From positions 1-59,172 of the forward strand of contig NW_021832982.1 of NCBI RefSeq assembly GCF_006345805.1: DNA of 59,172 nucleotides. The letters are read 5' to 3'. Source of the stretch: Octopus sinensis. Its lineage: Eukaryota. Below the pieces are notes generated by a model, which made no database searches, was not told the DNA's origin, and saw only the letters and a program-made list of their open reading frames with translations. Of the stretch, positions 38,152 to 52,149 are shown piece by piece. The position numbers and the translations under genes are program-made. Position 1 is the first letter of the stretch. Every line of letters begins with the position of its first letter.

Positions 38152-40345
38152 ATTTCCACATTCACCTCCAAACCCACTATCCCGTTCACTTAGTCATATG
38201 CGGCGTATATGTATGTATATATGCATGTATGTATGTATGTATGTATGTGTGTGTACGTATGTATGTAAACATATCTGATTAAATGTACAGGCGCATTCGC
38301 GGAACTCATACACAAACATATACATGGACATACGCACTTCTACTGCCAATATATAACGTCCATGTACAAACATACGGAACTACACACTTACATATGTAAA
38401 TGTATACATACTTATCTACAAATATACATACATTAATACAGAAATACCCATCTCTGTCTCTGTCTCTTTCTCACACACTACTCAAATATATACATACATG
38501 TATGAATACACATACACATAAAAGTGCGCATACAAACGCATACATACATAATAGACGTAAGTGCATGGAAACAAATACATATATATAACCAGACGTGCAT
38601 AGAAACATACTCACATATACATAAATATACGTAACATAAAAGGAGCTGGTTTGTTACAATGCCATAAAATGAATTTAATGTCTGTTGTGTTTATTTTTGT
38701 TGTTACTTAGCCCCGGGTCAAACATGATTGAGCAGACCAATGATCAAAGTCAATCCAAGCCGGCCCATTTAGCCTATTAACGAAAGTATGCGATTACATT
38801 ATCTAATGGTCTGATTTGAAGGACATTTGGTTGCTATGTCGAACAGTTTGGATGCCCGAATACAAACTCTCGTACTGGTTCATAGAGTATGGAGGGGAAA
38901 CTGAACTGCAAGAAAAAATTTCTTGGTAAACCAAGATCAAGTTTCATCTCTTTTAAACTAAATGTCTTATCTGTGTGTTTTATCTTTCTGTCGACTGTTC
39001 TTGCTTCTCTCTAAGGGCAACAGGACCAATCACAAGTCGGTATTGATTCAATTGATTGTTTCCCCTTTCAAATTCGAAGTCATGTGTCATTTGTGTGAAT
39101 TTTTTTTTTATCTCAAATACTTACATTCATGGTTGTATTCTTAAGGCTACTGCAGGCTAGTGTTTCGTATTTATGCATCACTACTGCATATACCGACGTG
39201 CCTGTTACCAAGTATCACTTCAACGACCGAGATAACTCTAAATTGATATCATAGGGTAGTGCAGTTCAAATTCAGTTCAAACTGACGCGTGAAGTTTGAA
39301 ATGGAGAGTGACAATCCCATTGCATCCCTTGACAGTGAAAATTGGAACTTTTCATGTATACTCTTCTCTTTGTGCTTAACTGGCACCTTTACGATCTAAC
39401 AAGATTACAAGACTAATCATGGCGCCACATTCTACGTCAGTTCTAATTTGAAGCTGAGTTTAAAGAGAATATTTCATGTTTTCTGGTAAGGTATGTTTTG
39501 GCGCAGATGTGTTGCCGTCGTTGATTCGACGCAGACTTATTTGACATAAGACGTTTTAATGTCTCTCGTTCGTCTCTCTCTCTCCCTCCCTCCCCTCTCT
39601 CTCTCCCTCCCTCCCCCTCTCTCTCTCCCTCCCTCCCCCCCTCTCTCTCTGTTTATTTGTGTGAGTAAATTTTTCTTTAAGTGTAAGAGAGGAAAAGTGT
39701 TTATGTCGATCGCGTTTGATTAATAAATTGTAAAGGCTTTCTCTCAACCTTTCTCTCAACCTTTCTCTCAACCTTTCTCTCTCTCTCTCTCTCTCTCTCC
39801 CTCCCCTCTTTCTCTCTCTCCACCCCCTATCTTTCTAGTTCTCTTTCTTTCCCTATATGTTTATTTCTGCACGTCGCCTGCGTATGTATATGTTCGCTTC
39901 CAGTGCCAAAAAGCACTGTTATAGTTATACCAGAACTAATCCACTAATACTATGAAAACTACAAACATTTTAAAATAGTCCCCCCCCATCACCTTATCAC
40001 AAATCAATTGTACAATGTTAAAGCAGATTTAACGAAATTGTAGTTTAACTATGTATTTATTACTAATATTTGATTTCCCATATTTTCTGTCTCTTACCGG
40101 TTTCTGTCATTATACTACGACCATACTGGGACACCGCCTTAAAAGGTTTAGTTGAACAAATCGACTCTAGTGTTTATTTTTAAGTTTTGGTTCTTATTCT
40201 ATCGGTTTCTTTGGCTGAATCTCTCATTTACGGGGACGTAAATAAACTAACACTGATTGTCAAGTGGTAGTTCTGGAAAAACACAAACACCATGTCACAC
40301 ACGTACACACACACACGTACATACACACACATACTCACACACGCA

Positions 40346-40377
<32 letters not shown>

Positions 40378-40424
40378 CACACACACAAACGCGCTCACAC
40401 ACGTGTAACTATACACGTACTGCT

Positions 40425-40578
40425 GACATTTTTTCCCTCTTTTCCTTTCCGACGAAGAGCTATGCTCGAAACGTCAAATACTCTCTCCTTTTACTGAGCA
40501 TCAAACTAATACATTCATTGTGCACGTCCTCTTGTTGCCTGTTATTGTTAATTTTATTGTTCGTTCATTTGCTTTGAG
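40425..40578 (+). mobile_element. Diverged solo Penelope pLTR with hammerhead motif (40444-40480)
   Basis: TTT-CCGACGA-A-GAGC-TAT-GCTC-GAAACGT-C-AAA, followed by CTGAGCATCAAACTAATACA as in the other pLTRs. Confidence 0.65.
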
Positions 40579-40610
40579 TATATATATATATATATATATA
40601 TATATACTGA

Positions 40611-40862
40611 GACTCCCTTCGGTCATGACTGACCATGGGATTGCACCTAGAAAGTTACCCTCCAAAGCACAAGTCCGGGCAAGGCTGTTTATGGAAGACC
40701 AGCAGTCGCCCATGCGTACCGGCCACCCCTCTCCAAGAGAAAGTCAAGGGCCGATACAGCTCGGCACCTGTAACGTCGCAACTCATTTCTACAGCTGAGT
40801 GAACTAGAGCAACATGAAATAAAGTGTCTTGCCCAAAAAGCACAACACCCATGCGCCTTCAC
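40611..40862 (-). mobile_element. SINE family C core with a fourth tail type
   Basis: GGGCAAGACACTTTATTTCATGTTGCTCTAGTTCACTCAGCTG core plus an unrelated tail. Confidence 0.7.
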
Positions 40863-41538
40863 CATATATATATATATATATATATATATACGTGTGGGTG
40901 TGAGTGTAAGGACGGCGGGCTTACCCGTAGTTTCCGTCAACCAGATTTACTCTCAAGTCACAGGTGCCATATTTTCCTGCTTTTTCTCGTAGACATTTGA
41001 GTCTACAAGTCAAACTAGTGACTGGTGCTGATAAAAATAGCAGCAGAATGTTCCTCAACTCACACCCTACAGTCTTGGAAAAGCGAAGAGATCGTTTAAT
41101 GTAGTGCTAAGTATACAAAAAAAAACGACGAGTTGGTCACAGCAGGAACGCCTTTGATCATAAGTTACGCTTTTAAACCTGAGTGCCAGCCTAGACTAAA
41201 CAACACGGCCCCAATGACGGCGACAGTTATGTGAAGATGCCAATATAAACAAACCGCTTTGGTAATTAATATGCGAAATCTCCGATCAAGAGAAACTGCA
41301 CCTAAATTTGTGAATGAGTAGCTGTCTGTCCACCTGTCTGCCTGCCTGTCTGTCATCCTACCTGTCTGCCTCTCTATCAAACTGCCTTTTCTGACTGTTT
41401 GTCTGTCTGTCTGTCTGTTTTTCTCTCTGCCTGAGACAGACATCTGTCTGTCTGTCTCAGCTTCATTGTTTTTAAGTGTCTCGTTGATTACTTGCATATT
41501 GGATTTCCTGATTAATTGATTATGTGGCTGTTTGATTG

Positions 41539-41577
<39 letters not shown>

Positions 41578-42047
41578 TCAGTGTTTGATTGCTTGATTGA
41601 TTGATCGATTGTTTGATCGATTACTTACTTGACTGGGTGTTTGATTGCTTAATTACAATGACTTCAGGATAAGTTAATTGCTTAACTTAATTGTTTGATT
41701 GGCTGGAAATCCGTTCAATTGCCTGCTTAAAAGGAAGAGCGTGTGGATGTCGTCACTCTTCCTCTGTGGGCGCATATGTACGCATGTGTGTGTGTCTGTG
41801 TCTGTGTGCGTGCGTGCTTGATGTATGTATGCATGAACCTGCATGCATGCGGGTGTATCATGTATGTGTGTGTGTGTGTGTGTCGTGGGGGGGGGGGCAG
41901 TTAAAGAGTCAGGCTGAATTCATTACACTATTTAGGGCAGTCGTCCTACGCTCAGAATTGAAATAATCCCAGCGGGCCTAAATTTTGTCTTTCAACCCTC
42001 CAGAATACACTCTGTATGCTTAAAGTGTCTATATGTTATAGTTGTTA

Positions 42048-42087
<40 letters not shown>

Positions 42088-43189
42088 TGTCTGTGTGTGT
42101 CTGTGTGTGTGTATGTGTGTAATTCATGCTTGCGTGTATGCAAATTGCGTTATTCTGTTAAGTGTGTTTAGCTTATTTTTATGTACTACGTGAAACACTG
42201 TTGTTTTATAAGAACCTATAATGAACGCATACTTGTGTTAGTGTAATTACATGCTTCAGTTTATGTCTAAGCACATATGTGAACGTATATATTTAGGTAC
42301 AAATATGTGTGTGTGTGTGTGTGTGTATACACATACAAACACACACATATGTTTGTATGTATATGTATATAGATTTATGTAGATATTTCTTCACATGTGG
42401 TTATTGTGTGAATGAAAAAGTAAGAAAATTTAACAAAATATAAATGATAATGAAATGCTAATATTTACACGAAATTATAATTTCTTTTCTGAAAATGATA
42501 ATTTCTGTCGTTTTCTTTATTTCTTGTATTTTCTTCTTCTCTTTTTGAAAGAGAAGAAGGAGGAGAAAGAATGTGGTTGATGGTGTGTATCCTCTCTGTG
42601 TTATTTCACAAAAGACATTTTAGCGACATCAGCTCAATGATAACACCATTCATTCTTCAAATTCTAAAAAGCTGGTTCATTCCATTGTTTGGCAAAAACA
42701 TACCAAACATTTTTTATGTGTATATAATATGTGTGTGTATGTCAGTGTGTGTGCGCGCGCGTATGTTAATATGTGTGTGTATGCATATTAAAATTATATA
42801 TCTCTTAATGCATGTAACCACAATCATTATGTGTGTGTATGTTTGTGTGTGTTTATTGAATGTATATCAAAATTATATCTCTTAAAAGTATGTAATCATA
42901 ATTATAGTATGTATGTATGCTATACAAATATTACATAAATACACACGTGTGTGTAACTATCAATGTGTATAATTATATAGATATATAAAACATAAATAAT
43001 AAATATTACATACTTATACATACATATTACAAATGAACATCCATACATAGATTTTATGCAAGAATATATTGAATATATATATTGTATATGACTACATATG
43101 CAAATATAAAAGACGTATTGTACGTAAAATGTACATTAAAATTTATAGGCTATTTATGTGTTTACTTATGTATGTATATTGTGTGTGTT

Positions 43190-43229
<40 letters not shown>

Positions 43230-43251
43230 CGTGTGTGTGTGTGTGTGTGTG

Positions 43252-43294
<43 letters not shown>

Positions 43295-43312
43295 TGTGTG
43301 TGTGTTTGTGTC

Positions 43313-43347
<35 letters not shown>

Positions 43348-43948
43348 ATTTTTATTAGTTTTTACTTACTGGATTGCGGTCAAGATGAATCAACCCTTTC
43401 AAGAGTTTACTCGATTGTATCGACCAGCTTTCTTAAGTGAACCATGTCTATTTATCGAAAACATACGTCACGTGACATATAGGGAGATAAAAAAAAACAT
43501 AAGCGAGAACAGTTTTTTCAGATCAGTCTAAAGCATAAAATGCAACACACGCACACACACGCGCGCACACACATGCGCGGGCGCACACACATGCGCGGGC
43601 GCACACACATACATAGACACATATTTATATATAATGAGGGTCCCTCATTTCGAATTTCATCGAGTGACTATACGATCTGCCCATTGAATTAGCGCTCAAA
43701 GTCGTTAAGCATTCTACAGGCACAGTATCCAAACATGACACATCTACCTTTCTATCTATCGAATAGGGAGCAAAAAATCATGTAACAAACTTCATTTGTT
43801 AACAAAAAATCATGTAACAAACTTCATCTGTTTCTGCTATAGAACGCGATGCACTGATCATTGGGAATCAGCTTCGTCTGAGATTCATGTATATATTGAG
43901 TTCTGATACCAGATTATTAGTGTCAGTATGCCTAAGCGAAATTTTAAA

Positions 43949-43979
<31 letters not shown>

Positions 43980-43980
<1 letters not shown>

Positions 43981-44525
43981 TAGGTTGTCCGGAAAGTTCG
44001 TGCCGATTTATAGTTGCTTACCTTTCGACTTATTTTAGAACATGACTGAGTCCATAAAATATGATTTGACTACACCTCCATTTAGAGCACAGTTTAAGCT
44101 ATCTTTTCGTGGGAGAAAGTTTATGTTCCTATAACCTGTGCTAATTCTGTAACCCTTTAAAATGGAAGATAAGAAAGTTCATTTTTGGCACTTGATGCTT
44201 TGGGAACCAGACAAAAATTGCTGCAGCTCGGCTGGGATGTGTTACCCCACCCTCCATATTCACTAGATATTGCTCCTTCGGATTTCCATTTATTCAGGTC
44301 TCTGCAAAATAGTCTTAATGGTAAAAATTTCTTTCAATTCCTTGGATGACGTAAAAAGATACCTTGATGAATTTTTTGCCATGAAACCACCTCAATTCTG
44401 GGAAGAGGGTATTTTCAAGTGCAACAAAATGGTTTATATTTTGTTGATTAAAAATGTAACGGCAAGTATTTATTAACCTTTTTCTTTCCTTTAAAATCGG
44501 CACGAACTTTCCGGACAACCCAATA
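43980..44525 (+). mobile_element. Deleted mariner element
   Basis: TIRs GGTTGTCCGGAAAGTTCGTGCCGATTT / AAATCGGCACGAACTTTCCGGACAACC in TA context; peptide LGWDVLPHPPYSLDIAPSDFHLFRSL. Confidence 0.93.
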
Positions 44526-44804
44526 TAAATGTGTGTGTAGTCACAGCGTGGCTGAATGGTTAATAAATTCTCTTCCGAATCGCATGATTCTGGTTTAAGC
44601 CCTACTTCGTGCAATCTTAGCCAAAATGCAATGTGTGCGGAACTGAATCACCAGAAAATTCATAGAAGCCTGCAATCAAATTTTGCCAAAATCTTGGTGA
44701 TACCTACGCCAACTTTTCAAAAAGTTTTGATCGTTCTCAATACAATCAAGATCTTATGCAACTGAAATCCGGCTGGGTTTTTTTTTTGGGCGGGGGGGGG
44801 GGAA

Positions 44805-45349
44805 GGGGTCAGCTGAAAGCAGTTTTGGCACAAAATTGGCAGACACGCATCTCATACCCAAATCTTCAATGATAATGGACTGAACGGAACCGTTACTAAT
44901 CTGCACATCCTCTGATAAATCACGGACGGTGATTCGACGTTTTCCCCTCACAGCTGCACGCACATCTGCGATGTTATTCTCAATTCTGCTGGCTGCAGGT
45001 CCTCCAGAACGTTCATCAATATCTACATTTCTTCGGCCATCTTGCAAACGTCTGGACCACTCATACACCTGTGTGAACTCATACATCCCTATCCATAAAC
45101 TTTCTGCAACTTTGCGTAGCCCTCTGAGCAGATATCACCATGACAACTTTCTCTGTCAATGTGACGATCACACACTACACACGTTCTTCCTAAGCATTGC
45201 TGTAAACAGCGGAAGTGAGCTAGAACGTTAAAACTTAGTGCGCATGCACAGGAAAGTTCAAGGTCGATATATGCCTAGCGGCTTTACTCTGCGTGCTGTA
45301 ACTTCGTTTCTATGACAACAGTCCGGAAACTTATTGATGAGACCGCGTA
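44805..45349 (-). mobile_element. Mariner 5' half
   Basis: TACGCGGTCTCATCAATAAGTTTCCGGACT end; peptide QVYEW..DERSGGP..RRITVRDL..FVPKLL. Confidence 0.88.
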
Positions 45350-45467
45350 TTAAACACACACACATACACTCACACGCACACACACATACACACACATATT
45401 CTTTTATTCTTTTGCTTGTTTCAGTCATTTAGACTGCAGCTGTGCTGGAGCACCGCCCTTAGTCGAA

Positions 45468-45931
45468 TACAACGATCATTCGTCATATCGCGATACACCT
45501 ATCGCGCCCTCAGTACATTGCGGATTTTTCTGGCTAATATATGTAAATTTATATCGCGGACTCCTCAGTATATCGTGGGCTCTGCAGCCGATCGGTACTT
45601 ATTTTCTTTTTAAAATCTATTATTTATGTGGTAAAATAAGCATTTTCACGCCTAAAATCAATAAATTAATAAGTAAAAAGTGCAGCACAGTATTGCACTG
45701 TATAACAAACACAATAATGAAAATATATTAAAAGAAAATACGTAGTGTACCGTAGATGAGTAAACAAAGATTCGTACCTACTGTATGAAAAGCGAAGATC
45801 GGGGGGGGGGGACGAGTATGTGATGTTGTTTTGCATTTATAATAAAATAAATATACTGTTTCTACTTCGCGGATTTTCACCTATGGCGGTTTTAGGAACA
45901 TAACACCCGCGTTAGTCGAGGGGTTACTGTA
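45468..45931. mobile_element. Tigger/pogo-like MITE
   Basis: Right end CGCGTTAGTCGAGGGTTTACTG-TA; decayed left end TACAACGATCATTCGTCATATCGCG. Confidence 0.6.
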
Positions 45932-45979
45932 TGTATGCATGTATGTATGTATGTATGTATGTGTATATATATATATATA

Positions 45980-46228
45980 TTTCCCAGACCGGGCGTTCTG
46001 AGTGTTTATTGAGCGAAAACACCTAAAGCTCCACGAGGCTCCGGCAGGGGCGTGGCGATCCCTGCTGTACTCTTTCACCACAACTTTCTCTCACTCTTTC
46101 TTCTGTTGGCCTGCTACTTAGCCAGCGGGGTGGCGTCATTTGAAGGCTAAAACAATGCGAAGCGCATTGTGACCAGCGATGTGTAACAACATCTGATAGC
46201 CTGGTCGGTCACGGTGATCACGGTGATA
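45980..46228 (+). mobile_element. SINE family B, 5'-truncated, tail type b
   Basis: Matches 31692-31987. Confidence 0.85.
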
Positions 46229-46393
46229 TATATATAAAGCTTTGGTTGGCGCGCCTCTGTAACAGAAGGACACTTGCTCAAGTACTACGGAGTGGGACTG
46301 ACCCCGGGACCATGTGACTGGGAAGCAAGCTTCTTACCACATATCCACGCATGCACCTCTCTCTCCCATTTTCTCTCTCTCTCATTCTCTTTC

Positions 46394-46482
<89 letters not shown>

Positions 46483-46716
46483 TGTTGTATTTCGGGATGG
46501 TCATTTTTTCTTTTTGTTTTTGCCAAATAAACGAAGGCACTATATATTCGTTCTTCACACGTTTATTACTCTTCTTATTCTAACTCATGTCCATTGTCAG
46601 GAAATCTTTCGTCACACATCTATGACCTCTTCAGCGACACTTTCCGTCTTCAGTTTATCAAGAATCTTTCAACACAAATTCATATAAAATATATGTGTTG
46701 TGTGTGTGCGTGCGTG

Positions 46717-46795
<79 letters not shown>

Positions 46796-46838
46796 TAGAG
46801 AGAGAGAGAGAGAGAGAGAAGAGAAGATAGATAGATAG

Positions 46839-46951
<113 letters not shown>

Positions 46952-47342
46952 AGGCACATGGCTTAGTGGTTAAGGTGTTGCACTCACGATCTCGAGATCG
47001 TGGGTTCGATTCCCAGACCGGATGTTGAGTTGTGTTCTTGAGCATAGCACTTCATTTCACGCTGCTCTGCGATCATTTCGACATCTCACATGTGGCACCC
47101 AGTTGCACCTGTACAGGTAATGTCGATCTGATTGAGGGAATGAGCTTATGCCTACACAAACATTTGATCATTATAAACAGGCGCAGGAGTGGCTGTGTGG
47201 TAAGTAGCTTGCTAACCAACCACATGGTTCCAGGTTCAGTCCCACTGCGTGGCATCTTGGGCAAGTGTCTTCTGCTATAGCCCCGGGCCGACCAATGCCT
47301 TGTGAGTGGATTTGGTAGATGGAAACTGAAAGAAGCCTGTCG

Positions 47343-47373
<31 letters not shown>

Positions 47374-47605
47374 TATGTATGTGTGTGTGTGTTTGTGTGT
47401 CTGTGTTTGTCCCCCTAGCATTGCTTGACAACTGATGCTGGTGTGTTTACGTCCCTGTCACTTAGCGGTTCGGCAAAATAAACCGATAGAATAAGTACTG
47501 GGCTTACAAAGAATAAGTCCTGGCGGTCGATTTGCTCGACTAAAGGCGGTGATCCAGCATGGCCGCAGTCAAATGACTGAAACAAGTAAAAGAGTAAAAG
47601 AGTAA
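46952..47605 (+). mobile_element. SINE family C (fifth tail type, 46952-47178) followed by full-length family A (47179-47605)
   Basis: GGCACATGGCTTAGTGG..GGTTCGATTCCC head, then a consensus family A copy. Confidence 0.85.
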
Positions 47606-47923
47606 ATCATCTGTGTGATTGTTCGATAAGAAATCGTCGAACCCTCATACGTCGTCTAACGACGGGAAGGTCCATATATATGTATATATAAATTGCTCGA
47701 AATACGGACTAGAAAAACAGCCGACAACGGATGAAGTGTCGTTCCTTGTGTTACTTGTCTTGTTTTCCATTTGTTTCTTTCATTGCTTGCAAAAAAAGGC
47801 CCTTATTCCATGTCCTCGTACAGTGTATTAATTGTTGTTCATGTTTTATGACGCCCTGTGCCCACATATGCAATGTATATACGTAAACATGTAAGTATGT
47901 ACGTATACGTATGTATGTATATG

Positions 47924-47954
<31 letters not shown>

Positions 47955-48113
47955 TATATATATATAATATTATATATATATATCTATATATAATATATAT
48001 ATATTAGTTTATATATAATATGTATATATATAGATATATATATATATATATTATATATATAATATATATATATATTGATAATAGATGATAGATAGATTAG
48101 ATTTAGATAAGAG

Positions 48114-48161
<48 letters not shown>

Positions 48162-48246
48162 TTAACAATAGATAAGATAATTGAATAGACCGTATTTGTA
48201 TCTCGGAAACACCTTGTTAATGCCTAGACTCAAGTTCTTTTTATAG

Positions 48247-48303
48247 GATACCACCGATGTTGTTCACTCAGGAAGAGATCGACCCATCTTGGCACCTGCA
48301 TCG
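48247..48303 (+). CDS. Candidate 57-nt internal exon of an unidentified gene
   Basis: TTCTTTTATAG|..TCG|GTAAGC; length is a multiple of 3 and frames are open (DTTDVVHSGRDRPILAPAS or IPPMLFTQEEIDPSWHLH). Unique sequence. Confidence 0.3.
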
Positions 48304-48868
48304 GTAAGCGCAATACTTTGAGATCGCATAGAGCCAGAGCAGATACGGCAAGGTATTTGATTCAGGTCTCTAACAATTCCACTTGTCTCCCGAGATGGAC
48401 TTGTACGTTGTTTCCCATTAACCAAATTGCATTCACAAATTAATGGTGAGCTCAAAGCTAAAAAAAAAAAAATTAAAACTGACGCAAACATGTCTTAAAA
48501 TTAAAACTGACGCAAAATGGCGGTGCCCCAGCATGGCCACAGCTCATGAGCTGAAACTGGAAAAATCAAAATCAAAAAATCAGAATCATGTCTGTGTGGT
48601 TAAGAAGCTCGCTATGTTGTTTCATGTTCAGTCCCACTACACACCACCTTGGGCAAGTATCTTCTACTTTAGCACCGGGTTGACCAATGTCTTGAGTGAA
48701 TTCGGTAGAAGGAAACTGTGAGGAAGCTCGTCGAATATGTGTGTTTTGTGTGTGTTTTATTCGTTTATAAAGCCGGTAGATTAAATACCAGTTTTAAAAA
48801 ATAAATACTAGTATAAATTTGTTTGACCAAAGCCCTCAGGGTGGTGCACCAGCATGGCCGCAGTCCAA

Positions 48869-49236
48869 TCTCTATATATAAAGCTGAAGTTGTCTGTGTA
48901 TGGCAGGTTTGGTAGCCTTCAACTAACACTATCTGCGGCACAAGTTGACCAAAATTGAGAGTATGATAGAAGGCTTGCTCGTCAATAATTAGAAGATAAA
49001 ATTCAAATCAGACCATGTTAACACCAAAAATTATTTACATAAAAAAGGTGCTTTTTTTCTATGAATTTTTTACGATTTTTTTACTGCTGTGTCGCCATTT
49101 TTCTGTGTATTTCAACCAGATGAAAATGTTCACTTAAAGAGAATAACAAGCTACATAATACAAAATTTTTACTTTTCAAAACTTCCAATTCTAAAGGGTC
49201 GAAACAAACCCGAGCAACGCCGGGTAATACTGCTAG
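48869..49236 (+). mobile_element. Non-autonomous Helitron in a SINE A tail
   Basis: A|TC..CCCGAGCAACGCCGGG..CTAG|T; the host reads GCAGTCCAA|TAACTGAAA. Confidence 0.88.
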
Positions 49237-49766
49237 TAACTGAAAGAAGCAAAATTTTAAATAATCGTGCGACATGCTTCGCAGTGGAGTAGAACTCGAG
49301 ACGACGTCGTTGTTGAGAGGACTTCTTACCTATAGAACGCTACGATAGGAGCGATTTGTAAAAATATTTTTGTGGTTAGAAGAATGACTATAGTGTCTGG
49401 GAAGAACAAAAAAGAAAAAAGACATTAATTACCAGAATGTGCTGACAAACACAACAAAAGACATAATATTCAATAAAACCTGAAGCTCTCTGCTGCAGCA
49501 GCCGTTCAAGAATTTGGACCTGGAGATCTCCATTTCCAGCGACTTCGAGGGCCACCTTCCAGTGGTGTAAGGGCGTCACCGAAGAGCCCTCGACTACAAC
49601 AAGACGACCAAAGTTTGTTTTTTCCAAGGTCTGGGGTCTCCCGCCCTTAAGTCCTATACCATCACCCAATCACCCTTACCCGTCTTGTTGCTTAACAACA
49701 GTAACAGCAGCAGCAAAATTCACACATACATACATACATACATACATACATACATACATACATACA

Positions 49767-49798
<32 letters not shown>

Positions 49799-50134
49799 AA
49801 TGTGTGTGCTTATGTGCTTATGCCCTTTTATACCCAGTAACTAAATAAGAAATATCTTTTGGTGAGTCGATGAGGAAACCTCTACAAGATGGCGCTCGAG
49901 TGGCCAAATCTTACCGAAATTAAACCTCATCGTCTTAAAAAAAAAGGAATTACATATTGGATAACGACCGAAAATAATTATCGTGGCTATAACTCCTTTA
50001 ATCATAGTTCTCCTTTATTTTCGCTGAACTGGACTAAAGAATACTGCTTCCTAGAGCCTGCTCTGAACATGTCTGTCGTCTAATAATTTTCTACTTGCAT
50101 AAATTAAGTTTGAATGTTACTTGAATATCAATAT

Positions 50135-50800
50135 TGCTGTCAAATTTTGGCACAAGACCAGCAATTTCAGGGTTATGGGTAAGCCGATTACATCGACTCC
50201 AGTGCTCAACTGGCAATTATTTGATAGATCACGAAAGGACGAGAGGCAAAGTCGGCCTCGGCGGAAGAATTTGAACTCAGAATATAAAGACAGACGAAAT
50301 ACCGCTACGCTAACGATTCTTATTTCTTTATTGCCCACAAGGGGCTAAACATAGAGAGGACAAACAAGGACAGACAATGGGTTTAAGTCGATTATATAGA
50401 CCTCAGTGCATAATTGATATTTAATTTATCGAACCTCCGAAAGGATGAAAGGCAAAGTCGACCTCGGCGGAATTTGAACTCAGAACGTAACGGCAGACGA
50501 AATACCGCTAAGCATTTCGCCCGGCGTGCTAACGATTCTACTAGCTCGTTGCCTTACTTGAATATCTATATTACCAATCAATATTACCAATGTTATTAAG
50601 GTGGTGATCATGCAGAATTGCTAGCACGCCTGACAAAATGCTTAGCAGCATTTTGTCCGTCTTTTCGTTCTGAGTTCAAATTCCTCTCATCCCTTTCCTG
50701 GTCGATAAAATAAGTACCAGTTGAGCACCGGGGTCGATGTAATCGATTTATTTCCTTCCCCACCGAAATTACTGGACTTGTGCCAAAATTTGAAACCAAT
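50135..50800. mobile_element. Cluster of nested SINE family D copies
   Basis: Two minus-strand copies (50135-50555) and one plus-strand copy (50580-50800). Confidence 0.8.
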
Positions 50801-51225
50801 GTTACCAACGTTAACTAAGCTATACTGCTATGTCTCGAGCACCAGACGTTTTATGGGTACCGTCACTCTTCCTCATACTAATTAATAAAATATAAGATAG
50901 AGAACACACACATATGCACATACACTTGAGAGTATATTCGTACTTCCTTACGAACCTTCTCTGCTGTAATGTATGTGAGTGCACATTTATATACTTCTAT
51001 GTAGAAATGGAACAAAACTTCGATAGAAAATACATAGATATATTTCATTTTCAACATTACAGATATTGTTATTACCATTAATATCCTAATATTATTAATG
51101 TTCATCTTTTCTTTCACAAATGTGGTTAATTTCTTTTAAAACTGGTATCTTACCGGTAATCTAAATGGTTTTTCTATTTGTGTTGCTTTCCTCGATAGAT
51201 ACTGCGCACTCTATTCATTTAGATG

Positions 51226-52044
51226 TTAAGCCTCATTGCTCCTGAGTCTCTGAGTGCTTCTTGTGCAAACGACAAAATTTGAATTCTTCGAAAGCATCTT
51301 TTCATTTGATTTTGATATTTCCGTGGAATTTCTATCACTATTTGTTAAACTTTGTTGACTTCTTAATGCGTAAAACGGTTTGCTTCTCTCTATCTTTGGA
51401 ACATAATTTCTCGTTACCGAAAATTTCTTTACTACATCGATATTTTGAGAGCGAAAATCGTTGAATGTCTCGTTGTTAGTTTTCTTCGAATTCGTTTTGA
51501 GATTGATGTATTTTTTTCTCGTTAAACTAGTGATTTTGACTCTTTGTTTCCTACGTTTCCATAATTTCAAAATTCGACAGCAATGGCGTAAAATACCTAC
51601 AAGACTAACAAAAAAGAAGAAAATTGTACAGCTATTCAATGTTAACATTTTTTGATTAACTTCTAACAGGAATTTCCAGAGGTTTATTATGGCAAAACAC
51701 AACAACATAACAATCAACCATAAATCGCATTTGAATTGTTGTTTCTCTTCAGTTGTACCAGGATTTTTAACAAATTCCATAAACGATACAGAACGTCGCC
51801 GAAGAATATATTTAAAGCCACATATTTCACACTTTTGGGCACTGGAATAGACCAGCCAACGTTCTAAACATGACACATGTACTTGTCCTACTGAACCGAT
51901 GCAGTAACAAGGAGAGATAAGTCTCTTGCTAGGTTTGCCTACTTCAAGACATATGCGACAAAAAGAGGTACTGTTATAAAGCCATTCACTGGTCGCATCA
52001 GTCTTACAACTTTGTTTGGTGAAAGACCTTTCTGCATCTTTCAT
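51226..52044 (-). CDS. MARCH2/3-like: Membrane-associated RING-CH (RINGv) E3 ubiquitin ligase, MARCH2/3-like, single exon, 272 aa
   Basis: C4HC3 pattern CRIC..PCYC-x7-HVSCLERW..CEIC; linker FVKNPG..EK..KCD; two hydrophobic segments and a basic WKRRKQRV motif. Uninterrupted 819-nt ORF with A at -3. Confidence 0.9.
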   Translation of the reverse strand: MKDAERSFTKQSCKTDATSEWLYNSTSFCRICLEVGKPSKRLISPCYCIGSVGQVHVSCLERWLVYSSAQKCEICGFKYILRRRSVSFMEFVKNPGTTEEKQQFKCDLWLIVMLLCFAIINLWKFLLEVNQKMLTLNSCTIFFFFVSLVGILRHCCRILKLWKRRKQRVKITSLTRKKYINLKTNSKKTNNETFNDFRSQNIDVVKKFSVTRNYVPKIERSKPFYALRSQQSLTNSDRNSTEISKSNEKMLSKNSNFVVCTRSTQRLRSNEA

Positions 52045-52149
52045 TTTCGAGAAGATAATGTGAAATATAAAATCGATATAATATGAGTAAATGTTGAGCT
52101 CTGATTAGAAATGTACATGAGATTAACTACTTGGTGATCAAAATGCATT

